Shown here one piece after another: positions 25,640 through 40,200 of a stretch of 64,000 nucleotides of DNA. Position 1 is the first letter of the stretch. Each line of letters opens with the position of its first letter. Under the pieces are notes generated by a model. It was not told the origin of the DNA. It saw only the letters and a program-made list of their open reading frames with translations, and searched no databases. Position numbers and translations under genes: made by a program. The stretch is from Schmidtea polychroa (Eukaryota): the NCBI GenBank assembly GCA_044892525.1, contig CM097887.1, positions 60,078,001 through 60,142,000 of the forward strand. Direction: 5' to 3'.

Positions 25640-27040
25640 AAAATTTGGATTCTACGAAATCCAACAAATTATTTCACTGTTCTTCTAAAATAATTTGTTT
25701 TCTACTACCTCTTTTCCCTTTTCAAATTTTCCCTATTTTTATATCTGTAAATTATTGTTTCAATTGATTTTTAAATGATTCCAATTAATCTTTCAAATAC
25801 TTCGTAATTTTCAACATTTTCAACATTAGTCAAATTTTGTCATGTTCTGTAATTCTATGAAAATATTATTTTTTTTAAATAAGTTATTAAAATTTACGAT
25901 TTTCGAATTTTTCTCTGCAAATCCAAAGATGTCAAAGGACCTTGTTCAATATTTGAAATATTTCCTTCATACAAAGGTAGCGTTTGACAAGAAATATCTG
26001 ATATACTGTAAAATATTTTAATTTTTTGTAATTTAATGAATAAATAATACATTTTCAGATCTTCACCTTCGCAAAAAGCAGCGTTTTCAGAGAAATATCT
26101 GAAACTCTAAAGAAATATTAAATTTAAAATTATTTTATAATTAGATCTTACGATGTTTTATAGTCTTTTTCTTTACAGCTCAATGTAGAATTTTTTTTAG
26201 AATATAAAAACTTTTATATTTTGGAATTATGTGTATTAATGATTTGTGAGCTACTAAGTGGGCTGTTCTGTTTGAGTTCATCACTAATAGTAGTTTTTAT
26301 AGTGTTATTTTCTGGGGTTTTTTGTGATTTAGAGAGATTTATATTTTCAATATTTATGTTAGGTTGTCATCATTATTAGTAGTGTTTGATGCAGAATCTG
26401 AGTCTTTATTGAAGAAAATTTAAAAATTAGAATTTATCTCATAATTTTCTTTAATTAAAATTTTATTGGTATTACTATTATTTTTATTATCGCAATATAT
26501 ATTGATTGAGTTGTCGTAAGAAGTAGGTTGAGTGTTGTTTATCTGAACTATGTTTTTATTATTAGTTTTAATGGGTTGATATTCATATTTATTATGTTTA
26601 GTTAATTCTCGGAGACATCACTTAGGATAACATCATCAATGGCCATATCAGGGTCTACTTCTTGGTTCTTATTATTTTCTTCTATTTGGTATTCTATAAT
26701 ATCTAGTGTTTTAGGTGTATTGTTTTGAATGTAATACATTTGAAATGGTGTTAATGGTCTGGTGTTTTTATTATCTGTTTACGGGAGTGTTATTATAAAC
26801 TATTTGTGGAACGATTTGCTTATCAGTAAAAGGTTTTTGTTGGAATTCATTTGTATAGGTATAGGTTTAGTGTAATGATGTCTCAGTGAGTTATTTATTT
26901 TCATGATTACCAAGTAGTACAGATCTATTATTTTTTAAGTTTGGTATATGTTGATGTGTGTTGTTATACAAGCTTATTGTTACTGTATTTGAGGAGTTAT
27001 TTGGGGTGGTATTTTGGGGAATGTTTCGTTTGTGAATATT
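25640..27040 (-). pseudogene. Antisense spliced pseudogene of unknown family, cut off at the gypsy element
   Basis: Three GT-AG introns (26107-26151, 26006-26050, 25855-25897; 45/45/43 nt), all phase 2 if a 1-nt loss in the 56-nt exon is allowed; exon 25898-26005 is stop-free; a long N/T/K-rich upstream exon carries stops and frameshifts. Confidence 0.55.
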
Positions 27041-30000
27041 GCAAGGAGGCTGTACAACGAAAGTAGGGGACTACCACAAGCATCGGTCCCAAAATTAACG
27101 GTAGGTGATTGTTTTTGCTGTGGCGAAAGGGGACATAGAAGGTATGAGTGTCCACTGGGAAATAAATGCCTGATATGTGGCAAGGAAGAACACGGGTTCC
27201 GAGATTGTTTTTCGTTACGGAAAGATGTTCGACACCGATATCAAAGAATAGCGTGCATAGAAGAAGAAGATTCAAAATCTGAAACAAGAGATTACACCGA
27301 GAACAGCCAGGATTTCAGAATGGATCACAGCAATATGGAAGATAGATACAATGTCCCTGAGAAATATACGATATTGAGAGAAGACGGAAAAAACATCAGC
27401 GACTCCATGGGTTTCATTTCGTCGGTGGAGTCAAGACATTAAATTATGACATAAGAAATGAACGACGAAGAGACGAGGCAGAAGAAGAGATGTACCAGAC
27501 GAAAGATGGAAGAAATTGGAGTAAAATAATGTTGAATAATGCCGAAACAGAGATGTTGTGGGATTCTGGAGCATCAGTAACAGTCATGATCAAGAATTTG
27601 TGGGAGAAAACAGGCAAACCAGAACTTAAACGTAGTATGATATTATTGTGCGGAGTCTTTTCAACTGGAGGTGAAGAAGCAATGGAATACATGACTATCA
27701 GAAGACAAAAATAATCACAGTAGTAGTGGTAAAAAAGATCAAACCCGAATTCATAGGGGGCATTGATACAATGAAAGAGTTTGGAGTAAAGTTAATGAAA
27801 ATCAATAATATAGAAACGTCATTGATAAACAAATTTTACACTGATGAAGAAAAAATAAATAAACCACTAGTGGCGATGGCAGGTGAGAATAATAAAGATA
27901 TTGAAGGAATGATCAGGGAATACGGCGAAATTTTTATGGCATCGAAATTCGATCTGGGATTTACAAACTTAGTTCGAAATGAGATGCGGATAACAGGAGG
28001 CCCAATAATGCAACATCCTCGACGTCAACCGATTCACATGGAGAAAAGGATTGAAGAACTGATAAAAGAGTTAATGAAAGCAAATTTATTCGGTGTTGCA
28101 AGAGTCCTTGGAATGCCCGTTAGTGATAGTAGGGAAGAAAGATGGATCTATCAGGATGTGTGTAGATTATCGTGGATTAAATTCCATAACAGAAAAAGAG
28201 TCATTTCATATGCCTTACACCAAATTCTTACTAGACTGTCTCGCGAATGCAATAATATTTTCGTCAATCGATTTAGGTCAAGCGTATAATCAAGTGGAGC
28301 TGGCTCCAGAAATTCAAGAAATGACTGCATTCAGTACAAGAGAAGGATAATTTTGCTTCAAAAGACTACCGTTTGGCTTAGCAACATCTCTATCGACATT
28401 CCAGAGACTGATACTCACAGTGCTAGAAGGAATGCTATTCAAGGGAGTAGTAGTTTATCTAGATGATATCTTGGTATATGGTAAAAGTCAAAAAGACCAC
28501 GATGACCTATTAAGGGAAATATTCAGAAGAATTCAAGTGACAGGACTGAAGATAAATCCAGAAAAATGCAAATTCAATAAAACAGAATTGTGTTTCCTTG
28601 GTCACACAATTAACTAGAAGGGTATCCAGACAAACAGGAAGAAAGTGAAAGAGATCGAGAAAGCAGAAGTACCAAAATGTTCAAAACAATTGAGATCGTT
28701 TCTCGGATTAACGAACTACTATAGAAGATTCATCAAAGACTATGCCAAAATCGCCGAACCATTATACGCTGCAACATCTGGATGCGATAAAGATATAAAT
28801 TGGACTAAATAATGCAATGAGAGCTTCCAAACTCTGAAGAGACGGTTGTGCGAAGCACCTATCCTTGATTTTCCAAGAGAAGATAGGACTTTTATCTTAG
28901 ACACAGACGCTAGTTTCGGAGCCATTGGGGCAGTTTTGAGTCAAATTACAGAAGATGGAGAAGAATCTGTCATAGCTTATGGCTTGAGACATATGTCATC
29001 ACATGAAAAGGGATACTGTGCAACCAGGAAAGAACTGCTCGCTATACATGAATACGTGATGCATTTTAGAGAATATCTGTACGGAAAAAAATTCATAATT
29101 CGCACCGACCACAAGGCATTGGTTTTCATGAACACTGCAAAAACGCCAATCAGTCCGCAGTTCCAAACATGGTTAGCCAACCTGTCGGAATATGATTTTG
29201 AACTAAAATATCGGAAAGGCGAAGAACACTCAAATGCAGATGGACTATCAAGATTAAAAAGTATGGTTTGCACCCAGTGTCAAACAAGACATGAAGAAGC
29301 TAAGGAAGGAAAATCAAAGATTAGATATATATACTATCCAAAGAACAGAAGTTATGGAAAAAGTATGGGAACAACAACAAAAGGACATTCGGTTTCGAGA
29401 GCTGCGAGAGGAAAATGGATGTAAACGGGAGAAAAAGAATTGATTTCCTTTTAACGTAAAAAATACACAAATTGATGGAGGATTAATAACAGTAGAAAAG
29501 AACAAATATATCTTAATGTTAGTCCCAGAAACATTTGCAGGCCTGTTAACAACAACGCTACATGAAGAACTATGTCACATTGGAGTTAAGAAATTATTTC
29601 ATTATATGGAAAAGATATTTTATTGGCCGAAAATGCAAGAAACAATCCAACTCTGTTTACGATGTTGCGAGATCTGCGCTAAGAGAAAGATCGATCAGAC
29701 AAGAACCAAAGAAACATTTATTCCTAGACATAGCTCTGAATTCCTAGAACAGATTGTTATAGATGTGGCTTACATGGAAATAAACGCCATAAAAAATATA
29801 TGGTAGTAATGGTGGACCGTTTTAGCAAACTGATTTCTTTAACTGATATCACAAAGCAAGACGAAGGGACCATTTTCAAAATAATACTTAATAGTTGGAT
29901 CTATCGATTTGGAAAACCGAAGAGTATTTTAACAGATAGAGGCCGAAATTTCGAAGGGAATTTCTTAAGACAGAAGCTACAGAAACTTGGAATCAAACAG

Positions 30001-30750
30001 GAATTCAGTTCACCTTACCAGCACCAATCAAATGGTTTAGCCGAAAGAGCCATATGAACGATAAGAGATCTTATTACAGCAACATTGGCAGGTGGATGTG
30101 AAGAGAGAAACTGGCACGAACTTCTACCCAGAATAGAGTTCACTATAAATAGCAGTCGACAAAGTGCTATAGGTTTATCACCATTTGAGATAATTTATGG
30201 ACGGAGTGTTAACCTACACTCTAACCTGAAACAAGCCGAGATATCAAGAAGCGAAAGAATCGAAGACGCGAGATTTAACTCGAGTAAAGCGGCAGACACT
30301 ACGAGAGCTATGGATAAGACAGAGAGGGGCACTCGTGTTTTCGAGGTGGGGGAGGAGATACTCGTACGTAAAGAGCCGCAGAACAGGCACAAGGATGGTA
30401 TGCAATACGATGGGCCATATAAAATCGCCAGATTTCTATCACCTCATCGAGTCGAACTACATTCACAAGAAGGAACGAAAGAAAAAAGAATCGAGTGGCT
30501 GAAGAAGTGAAAAAAAGTCTTAAGAAGGGGAGAGTTAGATATCTTGTTGTTTAAATAATTTGGAATTGGTGGTTTTTGTAAATTAATTAAAACTTGTTAT
30601 TTATAAATTCTTTGAATAAATATATATTGTTAGTTTCAAGATTTTTCTGCGAAATTTAAAGATTGATCTAAAGATGGATTTAACTGATCCAATTAAGTTG
30701 AAGAAGGAATTTGCAAGACAAGTTTAAAAATTACGTTGAAATCTTTCAAA
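27040..30750 (+). mobile_element. Near-full-length but inactivated Ty3/gypsy retrotransposon (no 5' LTR)
   Basis: gag knuckles CFCCGERGHRRYEC and CLICGKEEHGFRDC; protease LWDSGAS; RT VVYLDDILVYG; RNase H LDTDAS...RKELLA...TDH; integrase HEELCH...CEIC, D-D-E and YDGPY; PPT AAGAAGGGGAGA at about 30522-30533; many stops and frameshifts; LTR 3' end uncertain. Confidence 0.93.
27490..30510 (+). pseudogene. gypsy pol (PR-RT-RH-INT), fragmented
   Basis: ORF-track pieces 27490, 27726, 28093, 28420, 28846, 29516, 29800 and 30085 fall in canonical Ty3/gypsy order. Confidence 0.9.
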
Positions 30751-31258
30751 CATGTAATTGACCTTGGGATTGTAAATAGTTTGATACCCAGTTTTCCAGT
30801 TATTTGTTGAAAGAGTTGGGATTCAAGTTGAGTTCCTATGCTTGAGTCACTTGGAATATGGGACGAAACGGGTTAACTTCGAAAACTTTTTTGTGAAGTT
30901 GAATTCAAACCATTATAATATTTGATTCATTTTATTATAAACATTCAAAATATATTATTATTTTATGATTTAAACATTTTGATTATGTTATTTTAATGAA
31001 ATGCAAACTTTGTAAATTTATCTAAAATTCATTAAAATTTATGAGAATTATTAATGTGTTTAAAAATATCAATTATTATTTAATGAACTATATAATATTT
31101 TAAGTTTTAGTTGTCAATGACTTTTTGAATAAGTGTTAGAAATAGTTTTTATATGGGTAAATAAATTTATATTTAAGTTTCTAAAAGGATAAAATCATTT
31201 AAAATATTTTATATATGATATAAAGAAATTATATTTATGTTACCTTTAAATTATTTAG

Positions 31259-34200
31259 GTAAAGTCACTTGTTTTCACTGTACCAGAAAATGTAAAGGAG
31301 ATGTTTTGAAAGTTGGTGAAAAATATTTCCATAAAGAGTGTTTTACATGCAAAAGTAATTTGACTGAATTTTTAATCTTATTGTATCCAATGTAATTACT
31401 ATTAATTACTTGATAGTATAAATTCAATTTATATTTTCACATGGTAAATAAATTTTAAATATGTAAATTTTACAAAATATCGATAACATGATTTTTAACT
31501 ATAATTAATTTATTATTATTGAATGTGTTAATTGTCGAAATCATAATAATTAATTTTTCTAAATACTGTACTGATATATTTTAATGTCTAAATAAATGTT
31601 ATACTTCAAAGATGTTACCAGAATCTGAAAATATTTAGTTATTATACACTATGAATTAATTGAGTAACAATAATAAACCTTCACTGCAAGTTATATTCAA
31701 AGAGAATTTTCTATTATTTTCAACCCAATCTCAACTTCTTCAATTTTCTAATTTAATGCTTTTATCCTTTTGCTTTTGCTGATTTGTGTTATTTAAAAAT
31801 AAAATTTTCGAAAAAATTAAAATAAAATATGAAAAAATTAACAATTTTGAAAATGTTTGATTAAAACTCTTAATTTTTTATTTCATAAATTTTACCAGTT
31901 TTAAATATTTTTAAATCTATCGACCACATGGATAAAGATATTAAATTGAAAATATTACCACATTAGCTATGATATGAATTAGATTAATAAAGATTATTTT
32001 ATAATCGAAAATTCTCTTTGAACATAATTTGCGGCAAATGCTTAAAATCGCTGCTCATTTAATGTATATTGCTTAAAATATTCTACCAAGAAACCTTGAA
32101 TATTTATCATAACATCAATATTGTATCATTCAATGTTACAATTCGTGATTCATGACTAAGTTTTCATTCTTTATAACACTCTAGTTGTTTAAGGCCCTAT
32201 ACCTAATAGTAATCTATTAACAATAAATCGAATGAATGGAAAATATAGTGGTTAGGATCAAGTCCATGTGATACATTTCTTTCACCAAGTTTCGTGTAGT
32301 TTTGATTACCGATTATCCCTCTTACTATAAAATCTAAAGAAATTCTGAATTTTACAATATCATGTAGATAGAGCGCATTTTAAACAATTAAAAGATATAA
32401 TTTGTTAGATATACAAGTGTTTATTTCTGAATAACAACAAATCTGAACACAACATATTCGCCAATAATTTATTGTAAAAATTACTAATTAAGTAAAAAAA
32501 AATAAAAATACTGTTGTTGCATACTTAGTAAGAGACAAAATGAATTTCTTCTTCAATGTCATCATTACATATATTTTATCACTCCATATGTTCTTGGGTA
32601 ACTAACATTAAATGATCAAAATTATGTGTTCATTTATTGTTTCCAAATTTATAACCGATTAATGAAACCAGAATAAAGAATAAGGTGTAATGATTGTACG
32701 AAAAATTTAACTTCATGTAACAATTTCATAACAATTTTAATTACAATTCGATATATTTTAGTTTATGAAATATGAATATATTTATATTAATCTAATCCCA
32801 TAGCAAGAAATTCGTTTTATAGTTTAGACTGTGGAATTTGTAAAAATGTACATATAGATTATGTATAAACTTTTATTAGTTTAAGGTATACAATTAGAAT
32901 AAATAACTTAACTTTTGATTGTAGATCATGGTTTTCTATAGTCGAAAACTAAATTAAAATACTGTAGGATAACTGTAAATAATACCTATTTGAAATAATA
33001 TTTATTCATGTTGAATTTATATCAATGTATGTATGAATGTCAAAGGTGCGGTATTGTATTATATATGCATGTATGTATCTTGCTCAGGATACTTAAAATA
33101 TAAGTAGTTCCTCCCGAGTGATAAGCAGTTTTTAGTAATAATAAATCTTATGTCTCCAAAGTCTTCTAACATGTGGACCCTTGACAAATAACCCATTAAA
33201 TGCGTTTATTCTAACGCCGAAAATCTTTACCATTGCAGACAGTCTGACAATTTTCTTAGAAGAAATTAGAAGATTTTATGATTTAACTCAACCAATTCAA
33301 TTGAAAAATAATGTTCATAAGAGCATTTATATCAACCGATATGGCAAAATTATATAAAGAAGTCAATGAAGAAATTGGCAGTAATGAAGAAAAATGCAGA
33401 AAAGCCTTCGAATAACCCTCAAATTTAGGAACATATTTAAATGAAGCTATCCGTTACAAAAAAGATAATGAATCAATTCTTTTTTTAGGGCCATTGATCG
33501 ATTGGCAAAATATGTCTTAAGACACAAATTATAGTAAGAGAAATTAACTGATTTTTATTACAGAATGCAATAGAAGATAAAGTTAAAAGAGAAATCAAGA
33601 TGAGCAATATTTCCAATGTAAAGGAGATTAAGGAGACCAATACGAAGATAGAAGAGATTAATAAATAAATGAAGAGGTTGCAGCTATGAAGTCATTCAAA
33701 AGAAGTCATGTAAATGTGGTCCACAATCGGAGCCAATATCTAACTCGACAATATCGACAATCATAACCACAACAACCATAACAAAGATTTCGAGAAAACA
33801 CCCTATTTCATAGAAAACCATTTTTCATTGACTTTTATGACCCAATGAGAACTGCTAGGAGTGGAAAGAAATATTATAGACCAATGTAGTAAATATATTT
33901 CTTTATGTGTAGCTTCTGAGCAAAATAAAAAAAACTTTATTAAGATGTTGTATGATTTTGACTTTTAAAAATTTTGAAACTTAAAATTTGAAAAATTTGA
34001 ATTTAGAAAACAAAATTTTATAATTTTTTAGCAGAATATAATTTAAATAAATTAATGAATTAGTTTGCTTGTAAAAAGCAAATTAAATGGATATAGTTTG
34101 AATTTCAATTCAACCTGATTCAGTCTGTTGAAATATATTGTAGTTAAATATATATATATATTGAATTGATGTTTTGCATATATTTNNNNNNNNNNNNNNN

Positions 34201-37200
34201 NNNNNNNNNNNNNNNNNNNNNNNNNNNNNNNNNNNNNNNNNNNNNNNNNNNNNNNNNNNNNNNNNNNNNNNNNNNNNNNNNNNNNNNNNNNNNNNNNNNN
34301 NNNNNNNNNNNNNNNNNNNNNNNNNNNNNNNNNNNNNNNNNNNNNNNNNNNNNNNNNNNNNNNNNNNNNNNNNNNNNNNNNNNNNNNNNNNNNNNNNNNN
34401 NNNNNNNNNNNNNNNNNNNNNNNNNNNNNNNNNNNNNNNNNNNNNNNNNNNNNNNNNNNNAACGACTATCTCTCTAGCCAATATTATTTCTTAATTAAAT
34501 AAATATTTTTATTGTAACAAACTTAATAAATAAATTTCAGTTTGCCAGAAAAAATTGGACGACACAGGATTCTTCTCGAAAGACGAAAGTTTCTATTGCC
34601 CAGAAGATTATAAAAAATACTGTGCTGCTGTTTGTTTTTCTTGTCAAGAGAAAATTATCGGGGAGGTCGTAACAGCTCTCAATCACACTTTTCATAAAAA
34701 CTGCTTCAAATGTTCTGTTTGCCAGTTAGTTTTCTCATTCCATTAAATACATAGAAATGTACAATAGCTAAACTTTATTCACATCTTTTATTCTCAATAT
34801 TCTGATAAGAGTTTTACCAGTTAATAAATCTAAAAATATTTTATCAATACGTTTTGTCAAATTGAATAGATTCATATAAATTATTCATTGTGGCTTGAGA
34901 ATTCTTTTTCTAAACATGTTTCACAATAATTCTATATTAATATTCTGACAGACGTTTAGTCGATTTTTCTAAGTCAACTATATTTTTGGGCTCAGCCTTT
35001 GATTGCCATGTGAGTCATTTTAGGATATGAGATTTCTCAATTTGTTGGCAACGGAGCTTATTCTATTGATTAATATATGCTAACCATTTTGGGACAGAAT
35101 TTATTATTTAATTTTTAAATAGATTTTTATTGATAAATCAAAACTGACCAAGTCCATTTTAAAAACTTAGAAACTGTAAAAATATTAAATTCTATGTTTA
35201 GGCAATAATGTTATAGGTGGAAATCAATAAGCACTTCAGAATTAATTTTTAGGCATAATTTTTGATGTAATGATTATTTGGGTCTTTTTCATGAATTATA
35301 TTTTAAATATTTACAAAGTAAAATTCTCATTAATATGCCTTTGGGAATAATTTTAATATTTAATTAAATTTTTTTGCTCACATTAGAAATTTAATTTTAA
35401 TAAAAACATCAATAAGAAATTTAGGAAATTGTTTTTATTTATTTATAATTAAATCAATAAAATATAACAAAAACATTTATTGATTTTGTCGATAGAATAT
35501 TTCCCGTTAACCTGGTAATTTGTGGAAATTGTGTTGATTTTCTACCTGACTTTTACAGACAATTTTTCTTTACTTTTAGAAAATATTGATTTTCAATCAA
35601 TTACGGTTGATTATTGTTTTGTTCTTTCTATTTGATCCGATTTATCTTCTAAATGAATTTAATTTTTCGTGGAATTTAGGACTACTGTTTGATTACTAAT
35701 TAATTGTATATGGAAATGCGTTTACATGTGGTTTTTGTTGCAAAGGAAAATTTATTTCACTCAATTTTCAAGAAATTTCCAATGAGTTACAGATGTTGAG
35801 TTTGTTTTAATAACTAATATTTGATGACATAATTCAGTTTTGAAATATATAGTTGACAAAAATTATTTCATGTGAAATGAAATTTGTAAAAACAATGTAA
35901 AAGTATATTAATTTTGTTAATATCTATCAGTTAGATATTTCATTCAGATTTTTTCAAAGAATATTAAATTTGTCTTTGGTCATAATTAAACTCAAGAAAC
36001 AAACATAGGGCAGAGTTAGCCATACTTGGACATAAGCGGTAAACTTTATGTACCACTCAAAATTCGTGAGTATCAGAAAACATCAATATATTACTGATTT
36101 ATAGTCTTCAAGCTCTCTTTTTAATAAATTCAATAGAAAAATAATCAGTGGTGAAATTGGAAAAAAAAGTATATATATATATTGGATACGGAGAGATGAA
36201 AAGGTAATTACTTGCTTGCTTGCAGGCAATGAATACACATGAGTTGGTATAATGCATTACACGGAAGGAGTGGCATTTTAAATAAAACATATATAAGGAA
36301 AAGTTCCATCTTCGAACAAATCATAAAGCAATTACATTTATGTTAAAGACTAAAATTTTATTACATCACAATTTCAGACATCTATTAATTTGCTAAACAG
36401 TTTAGATTGGAATTTTAATTCAGAAAAGGTGAGCTACATTCAAATGCCGACGCAATGTATTGAAAAGATTATGACAAGCGTGTCCAATGTGTTCAATACC
36501 ATGAAGAAGAAGGCTTTATTGGCATTACAATAGCAAGAAATTCAGCAGAAATTAATGAAATAAAGAACCGAATTGTAAATAAAGAAACCGAGTTGGAAAT
36601 AGTGGATGAAGTAGTAAACATAAAAAATTATAAAGTTTGAATCCCAGAAGAAAACATCCAAGAATTTATAAATTATACACATCAAACATGATATCATGTA
36701 GGATTAAAGAAAGTTAATAACTATATATCTTTTAATTTTGATATGAGAAATAAGAATGAGCAAATTGAAAAGTGATTCAAAGTTTTGAAAACTGCTAAAG
36801 AAAAAAAACAATTACAACATGATCCAAACAAACGATAATTAGACATAAAATTCCCGCGCTATTCGAAACAATTCTAATAGATTTTTGCTGTTCATTCGAA
36901 ACGACAATGGTAAGAAATATATATTAGCGATTATAGATTTTTTTCAGTAGATATATTTCATTAAATGCAGTATCAATACAGAATGAAAATAGAACTGCAA
37001 ATATTTTTAAATATAACTGAATTTTACGATTTAGTGCACCAAGACTCATACAGTGTGATATAAGAAAAACATTTGAATCCAACTTAATCAAACCACTAGC
37101 CGAAAAACACAAAATGAAAGTTGAATACTCGAGCTCATATAATCACTTGTCAAATAGAATTATTGAGAGACAATTTTGAACGATCAGGAATGCAATTCAT

Positions 37201-40200
37201 ATATCTAATGAAGACCATGTATATTAAAATTAGGTAGTTACTTCCTGGAGTTTTGAAATAGAAACTGAATTGTTCACCAATAATTTTGGTAAAAAAAGGG
37301 AATATAAACATATATCTTTCTGTATATAGCGAGGATCATTTTATTAAATGTGTAAATTACTTAATTTTAACCTCAGTCGGCGGCTTTATAAATGGTTTGT
37401 CGTAAATCAGTATTTATATGAATATTTACATTCAGATTTCATTGAGAAATTATTTCTGTGATCTCTTAACCGGCAAATACGCAAGTGCTTATATAAATTC
37501 TAAACGCATTTCATTGGGAATTTGAAATTTATTATTTTCACAGTTGTGATTATGTCGCACCTGCAAGTTTCCTAGGGAATTGCTCAAATAAATTATACAC
37601 ATTTTATGCGCATGAACTAAAATTTTACTAGGCTAAAAGTTAATTTTATTGGTTTTTCACTTAATGTTTAATTCTAAATGAAAATTGATTAAAATAAATA
37701 TATAATCGATATAAATTCGGTACGATATAAAATTTTTGACTGAATAATTTAAATTCATTAAACATTTTTAAAAATTTCCTAATTTAAGTGTTATTTATCA
37801 TTCTGTCGTATGAAATTCGATTACAAAAAATAGCAATGTCACCATTTTAATTATTTTAATTAATTCAATTATTTTACTCAATAATATTTCCTGATAAGAT
37901 AATTTAAAAATGTATAAAATATTCACTTAATTAATTAATAAATAAACAATAATACATTTATAGTATCTTTTCCATCTGACTGTCAATGTGCGCGTTTTGA
38001 TTTATTGCTCTTTCGCACCTATGTGCGCGTTTATTGTTATTATTATTCTTTAAAATTTTCTTGTCATACCTTGTCAGTGAAAAAGAAAGTCGTTGAAATG
38101 GATGCCAGTGATGGTAAATATTTAACTGAGCTCATTGAAGATCAAACATCGCTGGTTCTGTGCCAAGAAATATCAATAGTTAATGAAGATGAAACATCGT
38201 TGGTTCTATGTCAAGAAATATATGCACATGTTTCAAACTCTATTTCGCCGGATGGAAATTGGATGGTTTGAGATCCGGTCAGTTTGGAATTCAAAATAAA
38301 AATTTTGTTCAATGAAGTAGCTTTATTCAATATTAATTCATGTTTTTGATTTCTTGTTGTGGGTTCATGACATGTATACGTTTATGTAAATGATATAATA
38401 TGTATGTATGAGTAATACACTAATACGTGTCTGCATAGTAACATGTATGTGTGTGTATTATAATAGCATGTGTGGTTTATTTGATTGATTCTAAATAATT
38501 TCCTATCGCTTACTAAATTTTGAGGTACACCAAACATCACTGAGATACGTTCTCCGTAGTGGTGGTTGGCGTGTAAAGCAATTCACACACCAATTTATTT
38601 ACCAATTGTAATTGGTTTTAATTGTAAAATCATCTTTATCAATTTATCATTTACTGAATTGCTCATCATTAATGTATTTTGGAAATTTATTTTAGCAATT
38701 TTACAAATGGCTTTCAGGTAAGATGTTAAATTTTAAGTATATTTTAAGACTTGAATTTTGATACATATGAGGTATGAGATCATTATTCAAGTTCTTAAAT
38801 ATTACTTTTAATAAACAATATAATTATAAATTATTTTTAATTAATTTTCAGGTTTTCTTTAGGAATTTTATGACATTTATTTTTAAGTATTTTGAAATTA
38901 TTTCAAAAAAATGTGAGTCAGATATGTGTTTAATTATAATTATATAAGTAAATCAATCATCAAAAATATGTATTTTTTTAAAACATTTTGGGAAAAATCG
39001 CCTAGTATGAATAATACAATTTTTAAATTTTTGTAATCTTCTTTTCTGAGCTCAATATCAAGTAAAGGGAAGCAGTAAGAGCTTATTCAATTGATAACAG
39101 AGAAAAGTTCGGCAGATAAATCCAAGTGAAATCAGAAAACAACCAGGTAAATTACTAATTATTACACTCCTCAGTTCTGAGAGATTTGTCAAATCAAGGT
39201 TATACGCGTGTGCTATTATTCTTCACCATAGTGTTGGAATAAGCACTGTATAATCGATAGTTAATTGTTGAGCCAAATGTATCACTGTGAAAATATTTGT
39301 GACATTCAATAAAGTTCCCAGTCACGCTTGGAGTCAGAGTAATAATTTTAATATTATCACCAACAACAGTTATATTCGCACGCCTTAAAGCACTAATCGG
39401 TGAAAAGTCAATAATTAATGTACAAATAACGATAATTTATATTTCATATACAGTGTTTTGGCCATATTAAAATATGATAAAATCAAGAATGATAGAGGAA
39501 TATTTGCCATATATATCCGAATTAGTATACGATTCTAATGATATGGCAATGAAAGTATATGATATCCCAAAATTCGATAAAGAAAATTCGGTTTTGGCAA
39601 TCAATGTGTTAACGTATAATAATAATAATAATGACAACTTAATGGATATATATGATATGGTAATGAAACCTATATTTAAATATGATTTATCGAAGTGAAT
39701 GCAATGTATCTGTAGTAGAATGTTGTTTTTTAGTATTGCTATGAGACAACACAGAACCTCTATTAGGTTTTGTTTCCACCCTCATTCCCGTGTCTTTAAT
39801 GACTTAAATCAAAATGTTTTAAAAAAACTATATAGCGATAATTTACGATAGTAGATACACAAAATAAAACGAAAACTAATGAAAAATTAAGAAATCAATA
39901 AAAAAATTACAAACTTATAAAACCACAGAATACTGATACTTTGTACCCTGTGACAATCGAGAAGAATAATCAAAAACGAATATTTAACAATTCAACTTTA
40001 ATCAAAGAAATCCTTTGAAAATTTGATCACAAAATCGTGTCAAACATACTTTGTAACAATCAATATACTATTCTGCCCTAATTCTCAATATCAGTATGAG
40101 GAAGTTGAAAGATTCTTAAAGATTAATTAGAAATTTTGGTAAATTTAAAATATATTTTTATTGAAAAATATTTTAAAAAGAAGACCGAAATTTATCATTT

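Noticed and set aside
30533-30685. Apparent AGTTA...TAACT (errantivirus-like) LTR termini
   Set aside because: Alignment with the sibling junction AGGGGAGA|TGTTAG at 53.5 kb shows this is AGGGGAGA|-GTTAG, i.e. a TG-start LTR that lost one T; no env ORF is present.
38125-38220. Duplicated TSLVLCQEI peptide
   Set aside because: A local 45-nt tandem duplication in an unassigned relic; no family or splice support.
39101-39146. Well-formed AG...GT 46-nt pseudo-exon in the abLIM intron
   Set aside because: Not a multiple of 3 and would break LIM2; exons 34724 and 44419 already join in frame.
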